This document shows positions 16,759-24,646 of a DNA stretch of 43,483 bases, piece after piece. The notes under the pieces are model-generated. The model did no database searches, had not been told where the DNA came from, and saw nothing but the letters and a program-made list of their open reading frames with translations. The stretch is from a virus. Taxonomy: Duplodnaviria > Caudoviricetes. The position numbers and the translations under genes are program-made. The stretch covers positions 1 to 43,483 of the IMG/VR virus record IMGVR_UViG_3300010376_000063. One strand, 5' to 3'. Within the stretch, counting starts at the first letter, position 1. Each line of letters opens with the position of its first letter.

Positions 16759-16959
16759 ATGAGCGTTCCAACGATATCCGAAGAGTATACCAAACTGATG
16801 GACCACCTCCGATGCGCAGAAGAGAACGCAGCAATGATAGCACACCTCCACAACGCCAACGACAGAAGAGGATGGGCCGTGCAATGGCTAAGGGTAAGCG
16901 AGCAGTTCAAGAAGCTGCAACATACACTTACGCAACTCGCTCAGGGCAAGTTAAACTGA
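16759..16959 (+). CDS. Small helical hypothetical protein
   Basis: SD AAGGAG; TGATG coupling to the next gene. Confidence 0.65.
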   Translation: MSVPTISEEYTKLMDHLRCAEENAAMIAHLHNANDRRGWAVQWLRVSEQFKKLQHTLTQLAQGKLN

Positions 16960-17099
16960 TGGAAGAATTGCTTCTGTCCATTCGCCGAAGGGTTAAGTTT
17001 GCCCAAGATGCTGGCATTTCCCGCATTCGAATGGAGATGATAACTCCAGAAGAAGCAGAGATGCTGATTGCCCTGCTAGAACGGGAATGCCGATCATGA
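16959..17099 (+). CDS. Hypothetical protein (frame also open from 16689)
   Basis: MEELLLSIRRRV...; coupled at both ends. Confidence 0.5.
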   Translation: MEELLLSIRRRVKFAQDAGISRIRMEMITPEEAEMLIALLERECRS

Positions 17100-18085
17100 G
17101 CGCTGGTGACATTGATGACAAGGTCGAACCTCCAATGGTGTTCCACAATGCCATGCGGAATAACGCAAGCTTCCACGCTTACATCGAGCGAGCTTGGAGG
17201 CTTAAGCCGGTACGTTCTTTCTTTATCCCTTGGGGAGCCGGTATCTCTGACGATGGGGAAACCGTTTACATTTCCTACGATATCCAAACCGTCGTCGATG
17301 GAGTCGAATGTGAAAACGCTCTTGTCCGACATGAAACCACAGAATGGGCACTTCGGCACTTTCTTGGTATTGGTGATGATTATTCAGCTGATCCTTCTGG
17401 TCATCGTATTGCTAATGGCATTGAGTTTGACCGAGTCAGGGCCTTACTAGGCTACGACAACATTGACATTTATCGTGAGGTTATCGACGAACAAGTTCTC
17501 CGTGACGAAAGGATTGACTTTAGCGGTAAGCCCATCCCGAGGGACTTGGCTCTGTATCCTTACGAGTCCGACGATGACGTTAGGGCTCGTATAATGGGGG
17601 AGATGTTCAATGACCGCTCAGTGGAAGAATGGGAGAAGCTTCACCCGACTTTCAGCTTCCGACAAGACGAAAGTGATCTTCCGGATGATCGCCTTACTCG
17701 TGATTGCTTTTTGTATCTTGATCCGAAACCTCCCAATAACCAGTTTGCCCAATGTAACACTTGTCGGGACTGGATTGTCAACGACCGTTGTTATATCCAC
17801 CGACCAGATGACGAAGTCCCAGGATCGGCTTCTTGTGGACTCTATGTCCATGGGAGCCCACTTAAGGATGGAACTCCAATTGGCGCTGTAACCCCAGAAC
17901 AATCAGGCTTAGTCGATCGTGAAGTTCGCTGTGAGAACTGTCATTGGGGTGGCCCTGGAAACTACACCTGCGCTCTCTACGAACTGCTTAACCATCTAAT
18001 GCCATCAACGTTTAACTTGGACGAAAGGATAGACCCCTATGGATGCTGCAACGCTCAAAAGCCAAGAGATAACTTTAACCGATGA
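17096..18085 (+). CDS. Two-part metalloprotein: HExxE domain plus two HiPIP-like Cys repeats
   Basis: RHETTE...GHRIANGIE; CNTC-x8-C-x14-C and CENC-x9-C...IDPYGCC. Confidence 0.6.
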   Translation: MSAGDIDDKVEPPMVFHNAMRNNASFHAYIERAWRLKPVRSFFIPWGAGISDDGETVYISYDIQTVVDGVECENALVRHETTEWALRHFLGIGDDYSADPSGHRIANGIEFDRVRALLGYDNIDIYREVIDEQVLRDERIDFSGKPIPRDLALYPYESDDDVRARIMGEMFNDRSVEEWEKLHPTFSFRQDESDLPDDRLTRDCFLYLDPKPPNNQFAQCNTCRDWIVNDRCYIHRPDDEVPGSASCGLYVHGSPLKDGTPIGAVTPEQSGLVDREVRCENCHWGGPGNYTCALYELLNHLMPSTFNLDERIDPYGCCNAQKPRDNFNR

Positions 18086-19523
18086 ACAGGTGACAATCCT
18101 GGATGCCTTCCGAACCACAGGAGAGAACATCTTAGTCGAGGCTTATGCTGGCTGTGCTAAGTCGACCATGCTTGAGCTAGCCCAAAATGTCCTTACAGGT
18201 AACACCCTGGTCATAGCCTTCGCTAAGCTCGATGCGGACATGTTCGGCAAGTACAAAGAAGGCCTGAAGAAAGGGAAACCTAAGCCCATCCTTAAGCCCA
18301 CCACGTTGGCTAAGACCGCCAACGGCTTAGGCCACGGCGCTTGGGGTAAAACCATTGGTAAGATCAACTTCAATCAGTTCAAGATGGTCGAAATCCTTAA
18401 GGCCCTGTTCAATGAACTCCCTGGAAAGGACCGCAATCATGCGTGGGACCAATACACGGAAATCAAAGACGCACTCGGAATGGCCCGTAACCTTGGTTAC
18501 ATCCCTGACGGACATGTCCAAGTTGGCAAGCGGCTATGCGACAAAGAAGCCCTCGAAGCCAGACTCGAGCAGAAGCTTACCCCGTTCGCATGGGCGCTCG
18601 TCGACGCTGCCCTCACAACTTCAATCAAAGCTTCTTATGACGGGCTCATTGATTTTGACGATCAAGTTTACATGTCCGCACTGTTCGGAGGTACATTTCC
18701 TAGATTTCCCAATGTCCTCGTTGATGAAGACCAAGACCTCAACCCGGTACAACATGCGATGCTCGCACAGCTCTGCAAAGGCAGCCGGGTGGGTGCAGTG
18801 GGCGATAGATGGCAGTCGATTTACTATTTCCGTGGTGCCGAAACAGGTGGTGTAGACAAGATTAAGGCCAAGTTCAACATGGTGGAGTATCCGTTATCTG
18901 TATCCTTCCGATGCCCCGAAGCTATAGTCAAAGCCGCTCAATGGCGAGTGCCGACGCTCAAGTGGGTCAAAGATGGAGGCAAGTATGAGACGCTGTCAGG
19001 ACTGGCTGCATCTGACATTCCCGAAGGAGCCGCCATTATCTGTCGAAATAACGCTCCACTTCTCAGGGCGGCCTTTGCCCTGCTGTCAGGGAAAAGGTCC
19101 GTGCAGGTTGTTGGTTCTGACATCTCTGCTAAGATCGTCAAACTTCTTCGCAAGATTGGGGCCCCGGGCGACAGCCAGACAGCTCTCCTATCTAAGATTG
19201 ATGCTTGGAGGGATGACAAGCTGCGAACCAGCAATGCACCCGCTAACACTTACGACACAGCAGAGTGTCTTAAGGTCTTCGCTGGATGGGGAAAGGACGT
19301 TGACCAAGCCTGTGCCTACGCCGCCCATATCTTCGGCCAGCAAGGTGCGATCACCCTTACCACTGGCCATAAGGCCAAAGGTAAAGAATGGGACGTAGTC
19401 TACCACCTGGATCGTCAGTTGCTCAACAACGATGACCAGGACCTTAACCTTAAGTACGTCATCCAAACCAGATCGAAGGATGAAATGTACGAAATCACAA
19501 CGGCGGACACACTATGGCAATAA
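18039..19523 (+). CDS. UvrD/Rep-like SF1 DNA helicase
   Basis: AYAGCAKST, VLVDEDQD, VGD.WQSIY.FRGA, SFRCP, TGHKAKGKEW and YVIQTRSK motifs. Confidence 0.92.
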   Translation: MDAATLKSQEITLTDEQVTILDAFRTTGENILVEAYAGCAKSTMLELAQNVLTGNTLVIAFAKLDADMFGKYKEGLKKGKPKPILKPTTLAKTANGLGHGAWGKTIGKINFNQFKMVEILKALFNELPGKDRNHAWDQYTEIKDALGMARNLGYIPDGHVQVGKRLCDKEALEARLEQKLTPFAWALVDAALTTSIKASYDGLIDFDDQVYMSALFGGTFPRFPNVLVDEDQDLNPVQHAMLAQLCKGSRVGAVGDRWQSIYYFRGAETGGVDKIKAKFNMVEYPLSVSFRCPEAIVKAAQWRVPTLKWVKDGGKYETLSGLAASDIPEGAAIICRNNAPLLRAAFALLSGKRSVQVVGSDISAKIVKLLRKIGAPGDSQTALLSKIDAWRDDKLRTSNAPANTYDTAECLKVFAGWGKDVDQACAYAAHIFGQQGAITLTTGHKAKGKEWDVVYHLDRQLLNNDDQDLNLKYVIQTRSKDEMYEITTADTLWQ

Positions 19524-19969
19524 ATGTCTCTCGGCTAGCTTATCAGGACTGCTACGACCTGATGGAGAAGGCCATTAGTGACGAGTATCCCACCGGCTTG
19601 CGGATCAAGTTCGCTAGCCATAACGAGGCCATCCATTTCCGTCAGCGCATCCATAACGCCCGACACGTTGACCGAATGGAAAACGCACAGACTTATCCCG
19701 ATACCCATCCGCTTCATGGCAGGTCCGTTTACGATATCCTTAACTGTCGTATCCGAGAACTGGTCGATGGCTGGTGGTTAAGGCTCGAGCGAGTTGATGC
19801 TCGTGAGTTCGAGATCGAGCCATTGGAGAAGCCAGAAATCCCGAAGCAGATCGAAGCTGTCGTATCAATGGGCAACGTCGTTGTTCCATTGGTGCCGATA
19901 GTTACGTTCAAAAGGAGGTTCTCGTGTCAGGCTCAAATGACTCCGTTAGCGCCATTGTTGATCGCATGA
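19514..19969 (+). CDS. Conserved hypothetical protein
   Basis: Coupled to the helicase gene; FRQR...AR..DR...GRS.YD.L motif. Confidence 0.7.
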   Translation: MAINVSRLAYQDCYDLMEKAISDEYPTGLRIKFASHNEAIHFRQRIHNARHVDRMENAQTYPDTHPLHGRSVYDILNCRIRELVDGWWLRLERVDAREFEIEPLEKPEIPKQIEAVVSMGNVVVPLVPIVTFKRRFSCQAQMTPLAPLLIA

Positions 19970-20082
19970 TGGAACGGCTCCAGAAGGAGAACCCTGGTGT
20001 CGACTATAAGCGAAAGGCAAAGCCATGCCCAGAAAAGAAGGCTACCAAGAAGCGCAGGTCAAAGCGGTCGTCGCTACACTAA
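19924..20082 (+). CDS. 52-aa basic protein (absent from ORF track)
   Basis: SD AGGAGG before GTG 19924; MSGSNDSVSAIVDRMMERL... Confidence 0.5.
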   Translation: MSGSNDSVSAIVDRMMERLQKENPGVDYKRKAKPCPEKKATKKRRSKRSSLH

Positions 20083-20141
20083 TAGCCGCTATGATCTTCA
20101 TCTATATAGCCCTTGTGGTCCACTACTATGCAACTCATTGA
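20025..20141 (+). CDS. 38-aa membrane peptide (absent from ORF track)
   Basis: SD AAAGG; transmembrane segment AVVATLIAAMIFIYIALVVHYY. Confidence 0.5.
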   Translation: MPRKEGYQEAQVKAVVATLIAAMIFIYIALVVHYYATH

Positions 20142-20391
20142 ATACTGGGTTCAAGCCGAAGATGCAGTAATCGGCGTAGCGATAACGACTGACAATCGTA
20201 TGTTGCTACGCCAGCATCTTTACCGAGCCAGAGCAGAGTCAGGCCGATCTGATCTGGATAACATCGTCATAGTCCTTCCTGAAAAGGAGGACGAAATCTG
20301 GTTGGTGCACAGAGATGCGGACGGTTTCGGAACCGATAACCAAGGTCACCCTAAACTTATACACAAAAGACGTGGACTGGTTCAGGGCTAG
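20128..20391 (+). CDS. Hypothetical protein
   Basis: W..A....IGVAI.TD....LRQ.LYRAR motif. Confidence 0.7.
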   Translation: MQLIEYWVQAEDAVIGVAITTDNRMLLRQHLYRARAESGRSDLDNIVIVLPEKEDEIWLVHRDADGFGTDNQGHPKLIHKRRGLVQG

Positions 20392-20479
20392 ATATCCAAC
20401 TGGCTACACGGAGAAACTTCGTGAGGTCGTGCGCCAGTATATCGCCTACACCAAAAGCTACGAGGATGATGAAGCTTAG
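20315..20479 (+). CDS. 54-aa ribbon-helix-helix protein, BrnA/CopG-like (absent from ORF track)
   Basis: MRTVSEPITKVTLNLYTKDVDWFRARYPTGYTEKLREVVRQYI fits the RHH pattern K.TL.L...V..F...GY...LR. Confidence 0.7.
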   Translation: MRTVSEPITKVTLNLYTKDVDWFRARYPTGYTEKLREVVRQYIAYTKSYEDDEA

Positions 20480-20497
20480 GTATGGGTCTTAGATTTT
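20475..20497 (+). repeat. Dispersed 23-bp repeat, copy 2
   Basis: CTTAGGTATGGGTCTTAGATTTT; 22/23 identical to 8287-8309. Confidence 0.85.
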
Positions 20498-20519
20498 CAC
20501 ATTTTGTGGAGAAAATCCT

Positions 20520-20747
20520 ATGAGCAAGGAACTCGACGAAGCTATGGACTCGATCCCGAACTTAACCGAGGAGCAAATAAATCTGCTGATTGAGTTCCAG
20601 TTAAGCGAACTCGCCAAGTATGATGGAAAGAAGGGCAAGGCAAAGAAGGACCAGTCAGCCGAAGACGTTAGCCTAGCCTTAGAAGGTATCATCAAGGAAC
20701 AGTCAACCACAGCTAAGCCCGCAGGTAAGTTCGTGAGGAGGTTCTAA
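20520..20747 (+). CDS. Hypothetical protein
   Basis: SD GGAGA; TAATG coupling. Confidence 0.7.
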   Translation: MSKELDEAMDSIPNLTEEQINLLIEFQLSELAKYDGKKGKAKKDQSAEDVSLALEGIIKEQSTTAKPAGKFVRRF

Positions 20748-21709
20748 TGGAAGTCGACATCTTAGAAGCCATGGAATATGTGGGGATAGAAACGATCGTC
20801 ATCGACGAGGATACCCCACCACCTAATCCCTATCTCCCCGGCACCAACATTCAGTATGCCTGGGATGCAACATCGTTAGAGTACCTTAAGCGCTGCGGTC
20901 GGCTAGATAAATTCATGCGAGCTGGCTGGCGGCCCAAGGAGCCCAACATTCATCTTCGATGGGGCGGTGAGTACCATCGTTGCCTACAAGACTACGAAAT
21001 CCTAATGGCACAGGGCTCCAAGCACAGGGACGCTGTCTTTGATGTTATCCGTGCCCTGCTTCACCGCATCGTTGACTTCGATCCTGACCACAAGCAGAAG
21101 AACAGAGAAACCCTAGTCCGATCTGTCATTTGGTATCTGGAAAAGCACCAGAACGATCCAGCTAAGACTTGGATAATGTCTAACGGGAAGCCAGCGGTAG
21201 AGATTAGGTTTAACTTCCCGCTAGACTTTGGTCCAAGTGAAGACCAGCCTTATGTTCTCTGCGGTAAGATAGATAAGGTCGTCGTGTTCAATGGTGATCT
21301 ATTCATCATGGACCACAAGACTACCACGACCTTAGGTACATTCTACTTCGACCAGTTCACACCGCACAATCAGATGAGCTTGTATACTCTGGCGGGTAAG
21401 GTTATCTTTAAGGCCCCGATTAAGGGCGTCATCATCAATGCTTGCCAGCCCTTAGTCGGAGGTACCAACTTCGAGCGAGGCATAGTCTACCGCACTCAGG
21501 AGCAGCTTAACGAATGGCTAACTGACCTTACCGTCTGGCTCTCTCGGCAGAACGATGCCACCCACAACGATGCAGCTTGTGACAAGTATGGTGGCTGTCC
21601 GTTCCGTCCTATCTGCACCAGATCACCGCAGGTTAGGGAGCGGTTCCTTAAATCCAACTACATACAGGACACCCCATGGAACCCTTTGATGCCGAGGGAC
21701 TCCGACTAA
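20747..21709 (+). CDS. PD-(D/E)XK Cas4/AddB-like exonuclease
   Basis: G...H, E, GKIDKV, MDHKTT, QMSLY, plus an N-terminal Cys and C-terminal C..YGGCPFRPIC (Fe-S ligands). Confidence 0.88.
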   Translation: MEVDILEAMEYVGIETIVIDEDTPPPNPYLPGTNIQYAWDATSLEYLKRCGRLDKFMRAGWRPKEPNIHLRWGGEYHRCLQDYEILMAQGSKHRDAVFDVIRALLHRIVDFDPDHKQKNRETLVRSVIWYLEKHQNDPAKTWIMSNGKPAVEIRFNFPLDFGPSEDQPYVLCGKIDKVVVFNGDLFIMDHKTTTTLGTFYFDQFTPHNQMSLYTLAGKVIFKAPIKGVIINACQPLVGGTNFERGIVYRTQEQLNEWLTDLTVWLSRQNDATHNDAACDKYGGCPFRPICTRSPQVRERFLKSNYIQDTPWNPLMPRDSD

Positions 21710-21891
21710 GGTTAGTCCTAGGCAAGTACCGTGTAACCGAAAGGACAAGTGTACACTTTAAGGTGGCCTTAGGAGGATCAACAACGATGACAGTGCCCTT
21801 AATGGAAGGAATGGATGTGAGAGAAGGTGACATCTTAACCCTATATACAGAGGTGCCATATGCCAGACCTAAGTCAACACCAGTCCAATGA
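21676..21891 (+). CDS. Small beta-rich hypothetical protein
   Basis: SD AGGA; DVREGDILTLY. Confidence 0.5.
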   Translation: MEPFDAEGLRLRLVLGKYRVTERTSVHFKVALGGSTTMTVPLMEGMDVREGDILTLYTEVPYARPKSTPVQ

Positions 21892-22714
21892 ACTGACTAA
21901 GATGATCGTCTTGGGCGACCCGGGAACGGGTAAGACGGGTGGATGTACGTCGTTGGTCAAGGGCGGCTACTCGCTAGGTGTCCTTGATTACGATAACGGC
22001 CTTGAGCCGCTAAAACAATTCCTACAACACGAACATCCAGAAGGGTTAAAACATGTCAACTACAGAACGCTACGAGACAAGCGTAAAGCCACTCCTACGG
22101 GAGCGATTGTTGACGGTCCAGCACTTGCTTTCACTGAGGGCCTTAAGATGCTTGACCGCTGGCAGTTCAAGGAACGAGATGGAACTCTTGTGGACCTTGG
22201 GCCTCCGAGTGAATGGGGACCAGACCACATCCTCGTTCTCGATAGCCTTACCCTCTGTGCACGAGCTGCCTATGATTGGCGTGAACAGCTTACACCAAGA
22301 GGTAAGTCGGGCCAATACGACCCTAGGGCTGTGTTCTTCGATGCTCAAAAAGCCATTGAGCAGCTTATCTCTAACCTTACGTCTGAGTCATTCCGAACTA
22401 ACGTGATCGTAATTACTCACGTTAACTATATCGATAACGAAGATGGTTCCCGTAAGGGCTACCCCAACGTTATCGGTAAGGCTCTCTCACCGGTGATAGG
22501 AGCGTACTTTAACTCCATCGCCTTATGCAGCGTCAGACCTGGAGGTAAGCGTGTCGTTCAGACGGCCTCGACAGCCATGATTGACCTTAAGAACCCTGCA
22601 CCGTTTGCAATGCTTCCGGAGTATCCAATCTCCACTGGCCTTGCAGACTTCTTCAAGGTTCTTCGGGCATCACCTGAGACTAAGATCGCTAGGATAGGAC
22701 ATAGGAGAGTATAA
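21860..22714 (+). CDS. AAA ATPase, Sak4/AAA_24-like recombinase
   Basis: GDPGTGKT, LVLDSLT and NVIVITH motifs; lies between the exonuclease and SSB genes. Confidence 0.85.
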   Translation: MPDLSQHQSNELTKMIVLGDPGTGKTGGCTSLVKGGYSLGVLDYDNGLEPLKQFLQHEHPEGLKHVNYRTLRDKRKATPTGAIVDGPALAFTEGLKMLDRWQFKERDGTLVDLGPPSEWGPDHILVLDSLTLCARAAYDWREQLTPRGKSGQYDPRAVFFDAQKAIEQLISNLTSESFRTNVIVITHVNYIDNEDGSRKGYPNVIGKALSPVIGAYFNSIALCSVRPGGKRVVQTASTAMIDLKNPAPFAMLPEYPISTGLADFFKVLRASPETKIARIGHRRV

Positions 22715-23220
22715 TGGCTAGACAGCCACAAGCTACCGTTCGCCAGCCGACCCCAAGCTTCCAAGATATCATGGACACACCCATGTCCGATATCACCCCG
22801 CCGGTACCCATCCCGGCAGGAAGCTACATCGTCATGGTCGTCGGCCATGCAAACGAGGATACGGCCTCAACAGGGACCAAGTACTACGTCTTCACCCTGC
22901 AACTTCAAGAGGCCTTGGAGGATGTCGACGGAGAGGCACTGGAGAAGTCCCTCACTGGCATGGATGGGACTGTCAAGCGACTGCAAGACAAGACCATCCA
23001 GTCGGATCGGTACTACCAGACCGATGCCTCACTATTCAGGTTGAAGAAGTTCCTCAACGACCTGGGTATTGAGGACACTCACGACGATGGTAGTCCTAAG
23101 GGCGCTAAGGAAGCCCTCATGGAAGTACCTGGGCGTCAGTGCATGGTCACGGTCACGCATCGACAGGGCAACAGCGGTGGCATCTTCGCCAACGTGTCGT
23201 CTACAAGTCCGCTTAAATAA
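22714..23220 (+). CDS. Single-stranded DNA-binding protein (DUF669-like)
   Basis: P.P.G.Y...V..., LFRLKKFL..LG, GRQC.V.V.H...IFANV; follows the Sak4-like gene. Confidence 0.7.
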   Translation: MARQPQATVRQPTPSFQDIMDTPMSDITPPVPIPAGSYIVMVVGHANEDTASTGTKYYVFTLQLQEALEDVDGEALEKSLTGMDGTVKRLQDKTIQSDRYYQTDASLFRLKKFLNDLGIEDTHDDGSPKGAKEALMEVPGRQCMVTVTHRQGNSGGIFANVSSTSPLK

Positions 23221-23226
23221 CCAACA

Positions 23227-23303
23227 CGCACGGCTCGGTTAGCCTACCAGCCGACCGTGCGGATAGGGACCGAAGTCGGGATATCGCCCCTGGCTTCGGT
23301 CCC
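23227..23303 (+). other. Two tandem stem-loops between the SSB and UDG-exo genes
   Basis: CGCACGG...CCGTGCG and a 15-bp stem GGGACCGAAGTCGGG/CCTGGCTTCGGTCCC; no U-tract. Confidence 0.6.
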
Positions 23304-23318
23304 GCCTTGGAGTATGCG

Positions 23319-24329
23319 ATGAAGATGATGTTGATAGGTGAAGCCTGGGGTGAGCATGAGGCCAAACAGAAGGCCGCATTCGTTGGCCCTACAGGCTATC
23401 TCTTGAACAGCATGTTAACTGAGGCTGGCATCGACAGGGACAAGTGTTACCTAACTAACGTGTTCAACTTCAGGCCACACATGAATAAGATCGAACATGT
23501 TTGTGGTGGTAAAGAAGAAGGCATCCAAGGCTACCCGCCACTGATGCCTGGCAAGTATGTTAGCAAGACCTTTAAGTCTGAGCTGATCCGCCTTGGGGCC
23601 GAGGTTCAACAGGTCCGTCCCAATCTAGTTGTCTGCTTAGGCAACGTTGCAATGTGGGCCTTACTTGGCAAGACCCGCATTGGAGCATTGCGTGGCATCG
23701 TCCAGATGTCAACTCACACTAAGGCTGGCTTTAAGGTCTTATCCACATATCATCCCGCCGCCATCTTCCGACAGTGGGGGCTGAGGCCTGTCACCGTGAT
23801 GGACCTAATGAAGGCTAGACGTGAGAGTCAGTACCCTGACATCCGTAGGCCTAAGCGTGAGATATGGATTCAACCTACATTGGAGGACCTTTATGAGTTC
23901 GACAAGCGATACCTACAATCCTGTGAGAGAATTAGTGTCGACATTGAGACATATGGAAAGGTCATTACGTGCATCGGGTTTGCCCCTACTCCCCATATTG
24001 CTCTCGTCATTCCGTTCTTTGACCCAAGAGGAGCAGGAAGAAATTATTGGAATGATGCCGATACTTATCATGAAGTTATCAACCTTATCCGAGATATTCT
24101 TTCAAGACCAACTCCAAAGACGTTCCAGAATGGACTGTACGATATCACGTTCATCTATCGAGCCTGGGGAATAAAGACCTACGGAGCAGAGGATGACACA
24201 ATGCTCCTTCACCACGCATTGCAACCGGAGAGCCTTAAGAGCCTGGAGTTCTTAGGCTCTGTTTATTCGGACGAGGGACCATGGAAGCAAATGCGCAAGC
24301 ACAAGACGACGATAAAACGAGACGACTAA
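23319..24329 (+). CDS. Uracil-DNA glycosylase (family 4-like) fused to a partial 3'-5' exonuclease (ExoI, ExoII) of PolA
   Basis: GEAWG..E...FVGPTG, YLTNV, TYHPAA, then VDIET (ExoI), FQNGLYD (ExoII) and DDTMLLHH; no ExoIII. Confidence 0.9.
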   Translation: MKMMLIGEAWGEHEAKQKAAFVGPTGYLLNSMLTEAGIDRDKCYLTNVFNFRPHMNKIEHVCGGKEEGIQGYPPLMPGKYVSKTFKSELIRLGAEVQQVRPNLVVCLGNVAMWALLGKTRIGALRGIVQMSTHTKAGFKVLSTYHPAAIFRQWGLRPVTVMDLMKARRESQYPDIRRPKREIWIQPTLEDLYEFDKRYLQSCERISVDIETYGKVITCIGFAPTPHIALVIPFFDPRGAGRNYWNDADTYHEVINLIRDILSRPTPKTFQNGLYDITFIYRAWGIKTYGAEDDTMLLHHALQPESLKSLEFLGSVYSDEGPWKQMRKHKTTIKRDD

Positions 24330-24646
24330 AGGAGATAGCTTTAAGGGAACCATTCTTTGCTCCGTATAAGCGTAGCACAATCTTCGCTTTAGTGATCGGA
24401 GATGACCTGCCTACTCTCTACGAATATAAGAGACTCTTTGGTGGGTCCGTGATGCCATACTATAGAGGAGGTGGCGACCAGAGGAGCGGAGAGAACATGG
24501 CAAGAGGACAGTACGAATGGCATATAGAAGGTGAAGAGTGTTATAAGTTCTGCCGAGACGTCCTGCCATATTTACTTCCAAGGTGGTATGGCTCGTGTTT
24601 GAAGTGCATCGAAAGGTACGAGCGTGAAGCTAATAGTAACCAATAG
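24281..24646 (+). CDS. LAGLIDADG homing-endonuclease-like protein (truncated or degenerate)
   Basis: L..YKRLFGGSV...YEWHIEG....FCRDVLPYL resembles the C-terminal half of LAGLIDADG domains; no clear LAGLIDADG helix. Confidence 0.55.
   Translation: MEANAQAQDDDKTRRLKEIALREPFFAPYKRSTIFALVIGDDLPTLYEYKRLFGGSVMPYYRGGGDQRSGENMARGQYEWHIEGEECYKFCRDVLPYLLPRWYGSCLKCIERYEREANSNQ

Noticed and set aside
20747-21709. Cas4 as part of a CRISPR system
   Set aside because: No repeat-spacer array or other cas genes; the context (Sak4-like ATPase, SSB) indicates a recombination exonuclease.
24284-24634. GAAGCAAAT/GAAGCTAAT as a target duplication or ribosomal bypass sites
   Set aside because: Only an 8/9 match, plausible by chance, and both polymerase halves have their own start signals.
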